Counted from the stretch's first letter, positions 19,847-29,795 are shown. The stretch: DNA of 64,000 bases from a virus (IMGVR_UViG_3300045988_163275:1-64000), one strand, 5' to 3'. A program made the numbers and translations. Notes: a model not told the origin generated them from the sequence alone.

Positions 19847-20743
19847 TTACTTGAGTCCGATTTTTCCCAGACCGGAGGTCAACTTATCCATAGTCGACTT
19901 GCTCTTCGGCTGGCTTACTTTGTGGGTCGGTTTGCTATTGGAACCAGCACCCTGCTTGGCTTCGCTACGCAACAGTGCGTCAGCTTCCGGATCTGCACGC
20001 AGAATGCGCTCAATCGCGGATTCGAACGGTAACGGCTTGCCTTCACCGTCAACCAGAACTGCACGTTCTTTCTGACCGGCTGGCTTATCAAAGCCCACAA
20101 CACTACCGTCTTCACCCACTTCGAAATGAGAGCCGTAGATAACGCGTGCCTTAGCCGGAGTCATCAGAACTTTGTCACGCAGGAAAGCAGAACTGCTGAA
20201 GGAAACACCAACAGTCATTTCGACCAGTTGAGCCTTCAGTGCGGCGTTCTCGCTCTCCAGAGCGGAGTAGCGTTCGTCGCGCTGTGCCAGTTCAGTCTGG
20301 TGTGCTTCGATCATCTGCTTTTTCACAGCATCGAACTCACCACGACGTTCCAGTTCAGCCTGCTCCGCCTCCCGACGTGCGGTTTCTGCGGCTTGTTCAG
20401 CTTCGAGAAGCTGGCGAGCACGCGTCGGGTCAATATCACCGTACTGAGCCAGCTGATCGGCCAATGTGCGCTCTTTCTCCTTGCGCTTCATGTTCTCTTT
20501 CAACAGATCTGCACCGGCTTTCTTAGACTTACGCAGTTCTGCCAGCAACTCTTCCTGAGTCATACCGGCATACTCGTCGTCGTCACCCTTCGGTTGCTCT
20601 TTTTGCTCGCCCTGTTTGCCTGGGTCTTGAATGCTCTGCTCATTGTCTCCAGCAGGAGCACCGCCACCAGCGCCGCCGCGCTCATGCGCTTCGGCTACAT
20701 CCATCAGGCCACGACGGGCCATAAGCATTTGCCACAGATTCAT
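19847..20743 (-). CDS. head scaffolding protein (putative)
   Basis: 298 aa, highly charged coiled-coil (ELLAELRKSKKAGADLLKENMKRKEKERTLADQLAQ ... AEQAELERRGEFDAVKKQM); between portal and capsid genes. Confidence 0.55.
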   Translation of the reverse strand: MNLWQMLMARRGLMDVAEAHERGGAGGGAPAGDNEQSIQDPGKQGEQKEQPKGDDDEYAGMTQEELLAELRKSKKAGADLLKENMKRKEKERTLADQLAQYGDIDPTRARQLLEAEQAAETARREAEQAELERRGEFDAVKKQMIEAHQTELAQRDERYSALESENAALKAQLVEMTVGVSFSSSAFLRDKVLMTPAKARVIYGSHFEVGEDGSVVGFDKPAGQKERAVLVDGEGKPLPFESAIERILRADPEADALLRSEAKQGAGSNSKPTHKVSQPKSKSTMDKLTSGLGKIGLK

Positions 20744-20765
20744 AGAAATACCTTTTCGTTACTTA

Positions 20766-22340
20766 TCACTCGGTCTCTTGAGTAGATGAGTCCCCATTCC
20801 CTCGGGGTTGATCTTGTCCGCTTTCTTGGACTATATCGCAATCATAAGTAAGTGCTGACTTATTTTCAAGGGCGCCAGGAGCATTTTTTAGAGGAAATTT
20901 CAAGAGATCTTTTTTAAATTCCTTTTGCATCGCTTCGGAAATATTCGGGAAGATCTTTTCTATGAGCATTTCCATCTGATGACGACGTACAGAATCAGGC
21001 GCCTGTAACAGCGACAATTTCTCAGCGACGGCAAATTCGTCAGTCAGACCACGAATATCGAAACTCTCCGGGTAAGCGATCAGAGAGTGGTCTTCATCCA
21101 ATTCGATGCCCATCCATTTCGCAGCCAACTCCATCATTTGGCGTTCTGCCCTTTCGAGGCGCTCTGCTTTTGTCACCAGCAGACTGTTAATACGTTGGAA
21201 GTCGTACATCTTCGCTGCCCCCGAAGAGTTGTCGATACCCTGCGCGTTATCCTGCTTGGTTCGCTCACCAGCCACACCAACGGAATGGTAGATCTCATTA
21301 ATCACCGTCTTAATCGTGGTGATGATCATCTGAGCCTGTTTCGGGTCTGGAGACAGATAGAATGGCTGATTACCGCTCTCAGAATCGAAGGTGAAGACAC
21401 GTTTTGTCCCCATTTCGAGCACTTTGGTGTGGTTTTCATCGCCCGGCAGCAGGGACTGAACCGGAATCGCTAACTGGCTGAATGTCTGATCCTGAATAAT
21501 CGCGTCAAGGTTCGACAGGTAGTTGGCCACGGCGCGGTCAAGATAGGCGATATCGTCAATTAACGACGGGCTAAAATACGGAGACTCGCTTTCACCAATG
21601 CAATCCACCGGAAACACCGGCACCACCCCAAGATTATGATTGCCACTATCCTCCAGAACGACTTTGGCCTGACGACGACCACTATTCCCTGAACCTTTCT
21701 TCACTTCTTCACGGAACAGATACCACTCGTTTTGCGTCCACAGACGGTAACGCTGGTATTCCTGCCCGGTTGATGTGAACGGATCTTCGTCGTCGCGCGC
21801 GATTTCAACAATCAACGCCCACAACATATTGCCATCTTCATCCCAGGCAACATCAAGCAGCTGCTGCGGCGAAATCCAGTAAGCGTAGGCACGCGCATCA
21901 TTTTTCTTCTCGTCTGCAACAGACTCAACATCGACGTTCATCGTGCTATCCACGACAACCCAGATACGGCCATAAATGGATGATTGCAGATCGATAGCCG
22001 CCATAAACGCATCGATGGAGGCGTTCTGGCGCGTGGCTCGCTTCCAGAAATTGCGGATCTGCTCCGGTGCTTCATCAGTGTTGCGGTGAATGACCTCTTT
22101 GAAGAGGTATTTGTTGATGAGGTTTACCACTTCGCGCGTATGGTTGAAGCGATAAGCGCGTTCCAGGCGCTCTTTGAACTCCTGATCGCCCTCTTTGAAG
22201 TAACGGAAGATATTGTCGTTGAACCAGGCACGCCCGCCAGCGTAGGTGCTGGCGAGGAAGTCCCAATGTTCTTTTTTCTTCTCATATTCAGGGTGGCGTC
22301 GTGCCACAAGGTCTTTGATTTGCTTGTCAGTCAATTCCAT
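20766..22340 (-). CDS. portal protein
   Basis: 524 aa ORF immediately downstream of terminase large subunit; size and position typical of a portal. Confidence 0.75.
   Translation of the reverse strand: MELTDKQIKDLVARRHPEYEKKKEHWDFLASTYAGGRAWFNDNIFRYFKEGDQEFKERLERAYRFNHTREVVNLINKYLFKEVIHRNTDEAPEQIRNFWKRATRQNASIDAFMAAIDLQSSIYGRIWVVVDSTMNVDVESVADEKKNDARAYAYWISPQQLLDVAWDEDGNMLWALIVEIARDDEDPFTSTGQEYQRYRLWTQNEWYLFREEVKKGSGNSGRRQAKVVLEDSGNHNLGVVPVFPVDCIGESESPYFSPSLIDDIAYLDRAVANYLSNLDAIIQDQTFSQLAIPVQSLLPGDENHTKVLEMGTKRVFTFDSESGNQPFYLSPDPKQAQMIITTIKTVINEIYHSVGVAGERTKQDNAQGIDNSSGAAKMYDFQRINSLLVTKAERLERAERQMMELAAKWMGIELDEDHSLIAYPESFDIRGLTDEFAVAEKLSLLQAPDSVRRHQMEMLIEKIFPNISEAMQKEFKKDLLKFPLKNAPGALENKSALTYDCDIVQESGQDQPRGNGDSSTQETE
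20843..20866. repeat. TAAGTA-type palindrome
   Basis: cataagtaagtgctgacttatttt; at the portal 3' end / scaffold upstream region. Confidence 0.45.
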
Positions 22341-22357
22341 TTGATTTTCCTTTCCGC

Positions 22358-22379
22358 TTAGGTAAGTACTTACCTATCT
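22358..22379. repeat. TAAGTA-type palindrome (near-perfect)
   Basis: cttaggtaagtacttacctatc; between TerL stop and portal start. Confidence 0.55.
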
Positions 22380-23630
22380 AGAACCACCAAGAATAACACG
22401 ATTTTTCACCGGATACCTACGATGAACCGGATAACCCAACGCATCCGCACTGTGTTCGATGCCGCCAGTCTTATCCATATCGCGTGAGCCTGGCTTGTAG
22501 ATCACCTTCTCCAGCGAGTCGATGAGGTGTTTGCACTTCGGATCGATGTACAACCGGGTTTCGCCCGAGGCACTCATCAACATGCGGTTCACTGCGTTAA
22601 CACGGTCTGCGATCGGCGGGTGCTTCTTCGGATAATCGACTCGAAGGAAACCTTTCTCTTTGAAGATGTCGACGTCAGATTCGCCGCGTGCGTGCTGGCG
22701 ATACGCACCTGCCGGGTCAGGAAAGATAGTGACCTGAGATTTCCAGCGCCAGTATCGACGCTCCAGCTCGTCACACACTTCAGCCGTGTTGGAAGAGAAC
22801 AGCACAACCTCGTCCACGGCCCACAACTCGCCATTTGGCTGCGGCTGCAGGATGACCGATGACATAGGGTCGATGTTGAAGTCCTGACCAACCCAGATCG
22901 GAAGTTTCGGATTGAACTGGAGTGGCTTCACATGCACATTGCGGTCGAACGGGTAGTAAACGCGTCCGGACATGTTTTCGAAGCTGGCCAGGTATTCCTG
23001 TGCGAACGATTTAGGGTCCATATCGTTCTTCGCTGCTTCGATTTCCGCGCTCGGTACGAACGGAGAATCGGCCGTAACGAACTGCCAGCTCTTCCACTGC
23101 CCCTTGCGTTGCAAATCTTTGTTCTGACCGATAGTCCACAGCTTGTGGAACTCGGAGAAGCCTTTTGGCGTACCGATGATCAGCGCACCGCCACGGGTGG
23201 AGGACAGTGTCGGACGCAGTACCTTGTACCAGGTGTCAGGCTTCATATCCTGAAATTCATCGAGCACCACAAAGTGCAGTGCCACACCACGAAGCGTATC
23301 GGGCTTATCCGCACCTTTCAGCGCGATTTCAGAGCCGTTCTTCAGCACGATGGTCATCGTGGTGTCGTTTTTCTTACGAACCCATTTGCGCGGCAGAACT
23401 TCCTGCAGGTCATCCCACAAGATCTGGCGAGCCATCTGGTAAGTCGGTGCGACGTACCAGACACGTTGCTTCTTCTCTTTGGCTGCCGCGCGGATGATGG
23501 TGGAGATCGACAACCGGGATTTACCCCAGCGTCGACCCGCACACACCACTTTGAAACGATGTGGCGACTGGAAGACTTGCATCTGCCCAGAATGCAGCTG
23601 TACGAGACTCAGAGACGACGGGATGGCCAT
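22374..23630 (-). CDS. terminase large subunit
   Basis: Walker A (VVCAGRRWGKS), Walker B (HFVVLDEF), C-terminal nuclease-like region (IWVGQDFNIDP...); follows the small subunit gene. Confidence 0.85.
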   Translation of the reverse strand: MAIPSSLSLVQLHSGQMQVFQSPHRFKVVCAGRRWGKSRLSISTIIRAAAKEKKQRVWYVAPTYQMARQILWDDLQEVLPRKWVRKKNDTTMTIVLKNGSEIALKGADKPDTLRGVALHFVVLDEFQDMKPDTWYKVLRPTLSSTRGGALIIGTPKGFSEFHKLWTIGQNKDLQRKGQWKSWQFVTADSPFVPSAEIEAAKNDMDPKSFAQEYLASFENMSGRVYYPFDRNVHVKPLQFNPKLPIWVGQDFNIDPMSSVILQPQPNGELWAVDEVVLFSSNTAEVCDELERRYWRWKSQVTIFPDPAGAYRQHARGESDVDIFKEKGFLRVDYPKKHPPIADRVNAVNRMLMSASGETRLYIDPKCKHLIDSLEKVIYKPGSRDMDKTGGIEHSADALGYPVHRRYPVKNRVILGGSR

Positions 23631-23632
23631 AG

Positions 23633-24274
23633 TCAGACGCTCCCATCACTTTCATCACCAGACGCTTCAGAATCGCCCTCAGCTTCGCTCAGTGCTTCCT
23701 CTTCGAGTGACTCAAGCAGATCGTCATCAATCAGATCCGGCTCATCATCTTCCTTACGCAGCTGCGCCACCTGGGAAGGCGTAAGTTCGCCAAATACCAG
23801 GTTCGGGATTTCGTCGTCCTCGTTCTCCACGCGATCCATACCGAGCGCTTTCGACGATATTTCGAAGCACTTAGCGAGTGTGCCGCTGGCACGCTGGAGA
23901 CTCTTCAGGTCATCTTCGATGGCTGCCAGTGGCCTGCCGTCCTTCTTGGCTGTGGCCACCTCATGCATCACCATACGACCGAGTGCGAACGCCCAATCGT
24001 CGTAACGAGTCCGGCGCTCTTCGATTTTCTCTGCACGCGCCTTCGCACGCAGCTCTGCGTCGGATTTGAGCGACTCGCGCACCATCTTCCCAACGGAGTC
24101 CGCGCCTTTCTCTAATCCACGCTTTTTGAAATGTCTGGAGAGCGTTTCACGACGAATGCCGTACTCTTCCTCCAGCCTGGAGAGTGTGTATTCGCCGGAA
24201 GTCCACTTCGCTTCGGCTTCTGCCCACTCAGCTGGTGTCAGGCGAGTTTTGCTCTCGTCTTTTTCTACAGTCAT
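23633..24274 (-). CDS. terminase small subunit (putative)
   Basis: 213 aa with N-terminal HTH-like region and acidic C-terminal tail; start/stop coupled to TerL; preceded by two operator palindromes and a hairpin. Confidence 0.6.
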   Translation of the reverse strand: MTVEKDESKTRLTPAEWAEAEAKWTSGEYTLSRLEEEYGIRRETLSRHFKKRGLEKGADSVGKMVRESLKSDAELRAKARAEKIEERRTRYDDWAFALGRMVMHEVATAKKDGRPLAAIEDDLKSLQRASGTLAKCFEISSKALGMDRVENEDDEIPNLVFGELTPSQVAQLRKEDDEPDLIDDDLLESLEEEALSEAEGDSEASGDESDGSV

Positions 24275-24311
24275 AGATCCCTCTAAAACACTCAGAGCGC
24301 ATCCTTGCGCT

Positions 24312-24356
24312 CCTAAACAACTTGTTTAATTCAGTGCCTAACCAATTTGTTTTCTG
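24312..24356 (-). promoter_or_regulatory. two tandem AAACAAnTTGTTT palindromes upstream of terS
   Basis: TAAACAACTTGTTTAA (24314-24329) and AACCAATTTGTTTTC (24340-24354), followed by hairpin GAGCGCAAGGATGCGCTC and the terS RBS. Confidence 0.55.
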
Positions 24357-24387
24357 GGTGTTTAAAACCGGGCTGGGGAGTATTCAG

Positions 24388-24466
24388 AACCTGCTTCCGT
24401 ATATATTTAATAAGTCACTTAGTATTTATATATACGGAAGCAGGCTCTCAAACTGGCTCCCAGACC
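24388..24466. repeat. 80-bp element: 17-bp inverted repeat around a TAAGTA-type palindrome (copy A)
   Basis: CCTGCTTCCGTATATAT, 21-nt loop (taataagtcacttagtattt), ATATATACGGAAGCAGG, then CTCTCAAACTGGCTCCCAGAC; between operon stop and terS promoter. Confidence 0.7.
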
Positions 24467-24469
24467 GAC

Positions 24470-24736
24470 TTACATCACCAGTAATTTGGCTCTGGCACGA
24501 CCTAACGTGGTCAGTCCCAGCGTGCGACGGTGGTAGCCGGAATCACCGCGCTGGCGGCACATTCCTTTCTCCACCAGCCCCTTTTTCACCAGTGCGCGGA
24601 TAGAGAACTGCATACTCTGTTTGGTCGTTTTGTACGGCAGCACTTCAAGCAGCTCGTCCAGATCGAGCAGATGCCCACGCTCATGGCCTAAATTGATGGT
24701 TTTGATGATGTCTTTTTGTTTGTCGGTCAACGTCAT
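24470..24736 (-). CDS. small winged-helix DNA-binding protein (putative regulator)
   Basis: 88 aa, HTH-like core (TTKQSMQFSIRALVKKGLVEKG); last gene of the ParB/ABC/GNAT operon, just upstream of the 17-bp IR hairpin element. Confidence 0.4.
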   Translation of the reverse strand: MTLTDKQKDIIKTINLGHERGHLLDLDELLEVLPYKTTKQSMQFSIRALVKKGLVEKGMCRQRGDSGYHRRTLGLTTLGRARAKLLVM

Positions 24737-24745
24737 GGCAAATCC

Positions 24746-25645
24746 TTATGCCGGTAATGCAATTTCAAGAGGTTTATTCAAAGGCTGTTTGTCGAATGCC
24801 AGCAGTGGCAGCGTGTCCGGCAGCTGACGACCAAAGTCCGGGTTTCGGTACACGCCATACAGCGGAGACGTGAAGCTCAGGTTGTGAATGTCCTTGAGCA
24901 GCTTCACGATGCTGGTCTCGTCCACCAGGCTGTCGGCAATGTCCTGAATCGTCGTGCCACGATTACGCCCGGCTTTGGCCAGGGAACTGTTCTTGTGGTA
25001 GTCAGCGACCAGATCACGCAGCGCACGACGACGGCGAGACTCACTCATGGCGAACAGCTCTTTGACGATCGCTTCGTTGTCGCCAGGGTCAGAACGGAAA
25101 TGACGCTGGAAGACGCGCAACGCACTCTCATAGCTCTTCGGACGCTCCGGACGGATGAACTGGAACCCTGCTTTCATGGCGAACGGGTTGTATTTGCTCA
25201 TCGACGACTGGATCTCGATGATTGGCCGGTCGTGCATCCTGCTAACCAGGTTAATCATTCGATAGGAGACGCCGACACCGCGGTACTGAGTGTCAACAAC
25301 GGAACGGCTGATCACGGCAAAGTTGTTGTTCACGTACCGGCCCCAATACTGGTTGGCCACGGTGGTATTGGTGGTTGGCTTCAGCTTAGGAAACATGCGA
25401 TGGCGAGGCGCCAGCAGCAGTTTCGGGTAAGCCATAACCACGACGCCCACCAGCCGGTCGTCCAGTTCGCAGCGATAATACGTTGGCGCGAACGGCTTAC
25501 CATCCGTCTTGTAGTGCAGCGACTTCAGCGCGTGCCAGTCTTCAACCGTGCCTTTGGTAACGGTCATACGCTCCAGAAAGTCCAGATGACGCGGGAACTC
25601 TTCCGGGCGGTAGCGTTTGATGATGATGCCTGTCATGTCGATCAC
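24746..25645 (-). CDS. GNAT-like acyltransferase domain protein with C-terminal extension
   Basis: GNAT-type motifs (VVDTQYRGVGVSYRMINLV ... NPFAMKAGFQFI) in the N-terminal half, plus about 130 aa of unknown C-terminal sequence. Confidence 0.4.
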   Translation of the reverse strand: MIDMTGIIIKRYRPEEFPRHLDFLERMTVTKGTVEDWHALKSLHYKTDGKPFAPTYYRCELDDRLVGVVVMAYPKLLLAPRHRMFPKLKPTTNTTVANQYWGRYVNNNFAVISRSVVDTQYRGVGVSYRMINLVSRMHDRPIIEIQSSMSKYNPFAMKAGFQFIRPERPKSYESALRVFQRHFRSDPGDNEAIVKELFAMSESRRRRALRDLVADYHKNSSLAKAGRNRGTTIQDIADSLVDETSIVKLLKDIHNLSFTSPLYGVYRNPDFGRQLPDTLPLLAFDKQPLNKPLEIALPA

Positions 25646-25896
25646 CTGCGCTCGATATTGGTATTGATGAAGTCCAGACGAAGCGATTCCATCGCCCCCA
25701 CCATGACGTATGGGCGCCCACCGTTATGCCAGCAATCCATAACATTGCCGTCGTTGTCGATCATCAGCAGAGCCAGGCTCTGACTTTTGCCTTCTCTTGC
25801 GTACTGGAGTGCTTCTTCCAGCAGGCGGATGACTTCAACGTTGTTGTTGTCAGTCTCTTTCGATGGCTTCAGCTCTACGATCTTCAAATCAGGCAT
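25642..25896 (-). CDS. hypothetical protein
   Basis: 84 aa ORF overlapping its neighbours by a few nt (operon context). Confidence 0.35.
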   Translation of the reverse strand: MPDLKIVELKPSKETDNNNVEVIRLLEEALQYAREGKSQSLALLMIDNDGNVMDCWHNGGRPYVMVGAMESLRLDFINTNIERR

Positions 25897-26527
25897 ATTC
25901 CACCTTCACGCGTTCTTTGTAGTGCTTGGTGATCTGCATATCCGGGCGCAGCGCGTTCTTCAGGTCTTCGTGGGTCGTCGCCACCATTACCGTCGCACCA
26001 ACCTTACGGGCGGCACGCTGGAGGTTCGACGCCACAACCTGGGCGGTTACACGGTCGAGAACAGCGCCAAATTCGTCGGCAGCCCAGACTTTCGCGCCGG
26101 ACTCGATCAGCTTGGCGATCTTGAGACGGTATTTCTGGCCGTCAGACATCTCGGATGGCTTACGCACAAAGAGATAGGCGTCATTCAATCCGGCCATAGA
26201 CAGCAGCCCCAGCGCTTCGCTGGTGGTTTTGCCCAGCTGGTCAATGACGTTAACCTCATTGTCGAAGGCAAAGTCATCGATGGAGGCTACAGAAAGCCCT
26301 TCATCCTTCATCTGGCGTTGCAGCTCGCGCAGCACAACGGATTTACCGGAACCGGATTGGCCGGTGATGTACACCACATCGCCCTGCTTCACTTCCAGCT
26401 CCAGATTGTCGTAAAGCGTCCACTCTTTTTCGTCCAGGCCAAGACCGAACGATTCGGCAATCTCCAGCGTGCGCGTGGTTTTGTTCACGCGGGTCTGAAA
26501 CGATACGTTGATGGTGTATTTGCTCAT
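25889..26527 (-). CDS. ABC-type ATPase (stand-alone nucleotide-binding domain)
   Basis: Walker A (GQSGSGKS), ABC signature-like (MSDGQKYRL), Walker B (VWAADEFGAVLD), H-loop (ATTHE). Confidence 0.65.
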   Translation of the reverse strand: MSKYTINVSFQTRVNKTTRTLEIAESFGLGLDEKEWTLYDNLELEVKQGDVVYITGQSGSGKSVVLRELQRQMKDEGLSVASIDDFAFDNEVNVIDQLGKTTSEALGLLSMAGLNDAYLFVRKPSEMSDGQKYRLKIAKLIESGAKVWAADEFGAVLDRVTAQVVASNLQRAARKVGATVMVATTHEDLKNALRPDMQITKHYKERVKVEYA

Positions 26528-27192
26528 GCGGCCAGCTCCCCAGAAGAAACTTTCTCCGCATACGCCACGAAAGCGTCTACCCCGCTCTCTCCCGTGATTT
26601 CTTCCATGTGGGCAAGCAAATCCCCAACCACAATGGCAGAGCCAGCAGGGAGCGTTTTAAAGCCCAATACGTCGATGACGCGGACTTCTTCAGAGGCCAC
26701 TTCGCGACTGATCTCGGTGTGCTCTTCCTTCTGGCGCTCCGTCTCTTCGCCCAGATCGAGCACCAGAGAGCCGGTTTCCATCTCTTCGGTCATGCTGCCG
26801 ACAAGCACGTTCAGCTCGCGCTCTTCAAAACCGAAGACCTCGACGTCGCCCAGCACCAGGGATTCCAGTTCCTGCTGCAATTTGATGGCGTCGTAGTCAA
26901 TACTGGCCAGGCGGTTGTCTTCCAGACGCTTAGCCTTCACTTCTTCTTCGCTCAGATCGTCGCGAACAATGACCGGCACACGCTCCAGACCAGCCAGAAG
27001 AGCCGCCTCGCGACGACCGTGGCCAGTAATGATGACGTCGTGCTTGTCGACAGTGATCGGCTGGTCAAAACCGCGCTTTTTGATGGCGGCCGCCAGATCG
27101 CGGATCTGCTGTTCGTCATGTTTTTTGGCGTTCATCTCATACGGGATGAGTTCTGCCGGGTTTCGATAGACGATTTCAAAGTTTTTGGTCAT
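26524..27192 (-). CDS. ParB-like nuclease domain protein
   Basis: ParB N-terminal domain motif (VIITGHGRREAALLAGLERVPVIV); acidic C-terminal half; start taken at MTKNFEIV, overlapping the upstream stop. Confidence 0.6.
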   Translation of the reverse strand: MTKNFEIVYRNPAELIPYEMNAKKHDEQQIRDLAAAIKKRGFDQPITVDKHDVIITGHGRREAALLAGLERVPVIVRDDLSEEEVKAKRLEDNRLASIDYDAIKLQQELESLVLGDVEVFGFEERELNVLVGSMTEEMETGSLVLDLGEETERQKEEHTEISREVASEEVRVIDVLGFKTLPAGSAIVVGDLLAHMEEITGESGVDAFVAYAEKVSSGELAA

Positions 27193-27890
27193 TACATACG
27201 CTCCTTGTAGTAGTCGACCAGCCACACCAGGGCTTCCCCGGCGTTCTCCATTTCGTTACCGGTATTGATTCCCTGCTCTTTGATGATGGTTTTGATGGTG
27301 TCGGCGACGCGATCTGACGCATCAAACGTCACCTTGAAGCGCATCGTCTGGTGTTCAGCGCCGACTCGCTCGGTTTTCTCGCGTTTGTCCTCATCGACCG
27401 GCTCGTCATCGCCACGGGAGAGCGCTTCCAGCGCTTCAAGATCGATAACGGACGCTTTGGCGAGTGTTGCCGCCATTTCGTCGTCATACGGGGCGATATC
27501 GGACAACCGGTAGTCGATTTCAGACTGGATTTCTTCGATTAAGCGCTGCAAAGCGACCTGATCGTCTTCGCCGTAGCGCTCGTTGTCGACGAGGGAAATC
27601 TGTTTGGCCACCAGATCGTTAATTTTGCCCACGGAGATGACGGGAACCGTTGAAATGCCCTGCTCCATCGCGGCACGCCAGCGGTGTTCACCACCGAGGA
27701 TCTCAAAAATGCCCCCGTCCAACTCCCGCGCCAGAATTGGCTTAAAAAAGCCCAATTTTTCGATAGAGCCTTTCAGTTTTTCGAAGTTTTGCGCCCCAAC
27801 GGAGTTGGTATTCCAGGGATTCGGACGCAGGTTCGCGACTTCCACCTGCAGAATCGTAATTTTCACACCCATAGTTCTGATACAATCCAT
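27192..27890 (-). CDS. ParB-like nuclease domain protein
   Basis: ParB N-terminal motif (FEILGGEHRWRAAMEQGISTVPVI); first gene of the operon, divergent from the helicase gene. Confidence 0.6.
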   Translation of the reverse strand: MDCIRTMGVKITILQVEVANLRPNPWNTNSVGAQNFEKLKGSIEKLGFFKPILARELDGGIFEILGGEHRWRAAMEQGISTVPVISVGKINDLVAKQISLVDNERYGEDDQVALQRLIEEIQSEIDYRLSDIAPYDDEMAATLAKASVIDLEALEALSRGDDEPVDEDKREKTERVGAEHQTMRFKVTFDASDRVADTIKTIIKEQGINTGNEMENAGEALVWLVDYYKERM

Positions 27891-27893
27891 TGT

Positions 27894-27910
27894 ATAAGTA
27901 CTTACTTACC
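27894..27910. repeat. TAAGTA-type palindrome
   Basis: tataagtacttacttacc; in the 64-bp divergent region between the ParB-like operon and the helicase gene. Confidence 0.5.
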
Positions 27911-27954
27911 ATAATAGCCAATTACCATACAAAAGGCACGAAGGAAAGAGGTTT

Positions 27955-29514
27955 ATGACAGTTCGGATTGTATCGAATGCAGTCAATGCGCTGATTTCTA
28001 GCGCTGATGACAACGTGAAGCGGCTCGTTCAGGAGATGTTGAGCTATGAAGTGGAGGCTGGGGACTGGAAAGGAACCAGCACGATGTTCAACTGGAGCAA
28101 AAACGCGTTCCCGGCTGGGTTTGCGAAGCCAGTTGCAGCCAACCTTCTGAAAGCTGGCATCAAATGCGTGCATGTGCGCAAGGAAAAAGCTCCCGCGCTG
28201 GGCAAGCCGAACCCGGTAGTTAACCCATTCCCGTATAACCCGGACTATGCGTATCAGGATCAGACAGTGGAAACACTGGTGCGCGAAGGGATGATGATTG
28301 CCCAGATTGCGACGGGTGGCGGTAAATCGAACGTAGCGTGTAAGGCTGCTGCTCGCATTGGTCGTATGACGCTGTTTTTAACCACGCGATCGGTTCTGAT
28401 GTTCCAGATGGCAGAGAACTTCCAGAAATCCATCGACTACCGCGCGGAGAATGGCGAGCCGTGGCTGAAAGGTCAGAGAGTTGGGGTGATTGGATCGGGT
28501 GAGTTCCAGGTCTCGCGCCATATCAACGTTGCCACGGTGCAGACCCTGGCCAGTTTTCTCGAAGAGCCACCGCGCGACGCATCACCGGAGAAAAAACAGT
28601 ACCACCTGAAGCGCCGGGAACTGGTTAAACGCTTCCTGTCCAGCGTTTCTCTGCTGATTCTGGAAGAGGCACACGAATCATCTGGTTCTAACTTCTACGA
28701 CATCGCCCGGTTGTGCATCAATGCCGACTACCGTCTGGCGCTGACAGCTACGCCGTTCATGAAGGACTCGACTGAAGCAAATATGCGTCTCATGGCCGTT
28801 GCGGGTCGCATCGAGATAAAAGTAACGGAGAAATATTTGATCGACAGAGGTATTTTAGCGAAACCATACTTTTTATATCATAAAATCGCGTACACTCCAG
28901 ATGAGGCGCGGATTAGAGCCGAACTTGCTTCAAAACACCTGAATTTTCGGGTTGGAATGAGCACGGCTTACCAGAAAGCCTATCAGTTAGGCATCGTCTA
29001 TAATCTGGGCCGCAACGAAGCTATTGTGCGTGAAGCGCTAATGTACAAGAGTCACGGTCTGAACTGTATGACATTGGTTCGTCTGAAGCGTCATGGTCAG
29101 ATCTTGATGGAAATGATGAAAGAGAGTGGCCTCAAGGTCGATTTCATCTACGGAGAATCAAACCAGACTACCCGACAAGCAAAACTTAATAGTCTGGCGG
29201 CAGGCAAGATAGATGTTCTCATTGGTTCAACCATTCTGGATGTTGGTGTCGACGTTCCAAGCGTAGGCGCGGTGATTCTGGGTGGTGGCGGGAAAGCAGA
29301 AGTTGAAATGAGACAGCGTGTCGGTCGTGGCTTACGAGCCAAGAAAAATCAGGCTAACGTGTGCTTTATTACCGACTTCATCGACGTGAGCAACAAATAC
29401 CTCATGTCGCATTCATATGAGCGGAAACACATTATCGACACGACGCCTGGGTTTGCCGAGGGGGTCTTGCCGGTTGGCAGCACATTCGATTTCACTGTTT
29501 TGGATAGAGAGTAA
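27955..29514 (+). CDS. SF2 DNA helicase (DEAH-like)
   Basis: Motif I (ATGGGKS), motif II (LEEAHE), motif III (TATP), motif VI (QRVGRGLR). Confidence 0.8.
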   Translation: MTVRIVSNAVNALISSADDNVKRLVQEMLSYEVEAGDWKGTSTMFNWSKNAFPAGFAKPVAANLLKAGIKCVHVRKEKAPALGKPNPVVNPFPYNPDYAYQDQTVETLVREGMMIAQIATGGGKSNVACKAAARIGRMTLFLTTRSVLMFQMAENFQKSIDYRAENGEPWLKGQRVGVIGSGEFQVSRHINVATVQTLASFLEEPPRDASPEKKQYHLKRRELVKRFLSSVSLLILEEAHESSGSNFYDIARLCINADYRLALTATPFMKDSTEANMRLMAVAGRIEIKVTEKYLIDRGILAKPYFLYHKIAYTPDEARIRAELASKHLNFRVGMSTAYQKAYQLGIVYNLGRNEAIVREALMYKSHGLNCMTLVRLKRHGQILMEMMKESGLKVDFIYGESNQTTRQAKLNSLAAGKIDVLIGSTILDVGVDVPSVGAVILGGGGKAEVEMRQRVGRGLRAKKNQANVCFITDFIDVSNKYLMSHSYERKHIIDTTPGFAEGVLPVGSTFDFTVLDRE

Positions 29515-29516
29515 GC

Positions 29517-29795
29517 ATGAGCGAGAAACGCGCTATTAACTGCCAGGTTAAGTTAACCGAAAAAGCAAACGATAAACTAGAGACCTTTCAGAATCGACTG
29601 CGTGAACGCAGCATAAAACTGTCAAAGGCAGACATCATCAATCTGGTGCTGTCCAATATGACGATGGGTGATTTTGATAAGATAGCTACGTCATTAGAGA
29701 CTACTGCAAAGGCTCGTGAAAAGGTCATGAAGATTTACGAAAACTCGGGTATGACCAAAGAAGATCTGGCCGATATTCTAAAACGCCTCGATTGA
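29517..29795 (+). CDS. hypothetical protein
   Basis: 92 aa ORF starting 3 nt after the helicase stop. Confidence 0.4.
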   Translation: MSEKRAINCQVKLTEKANDKLETFQNRLRERSIKLSKADIINLVLSNMTMGDFDKIATSLETTAKAREKVMKIYENSGMTKEDLADILKRLD

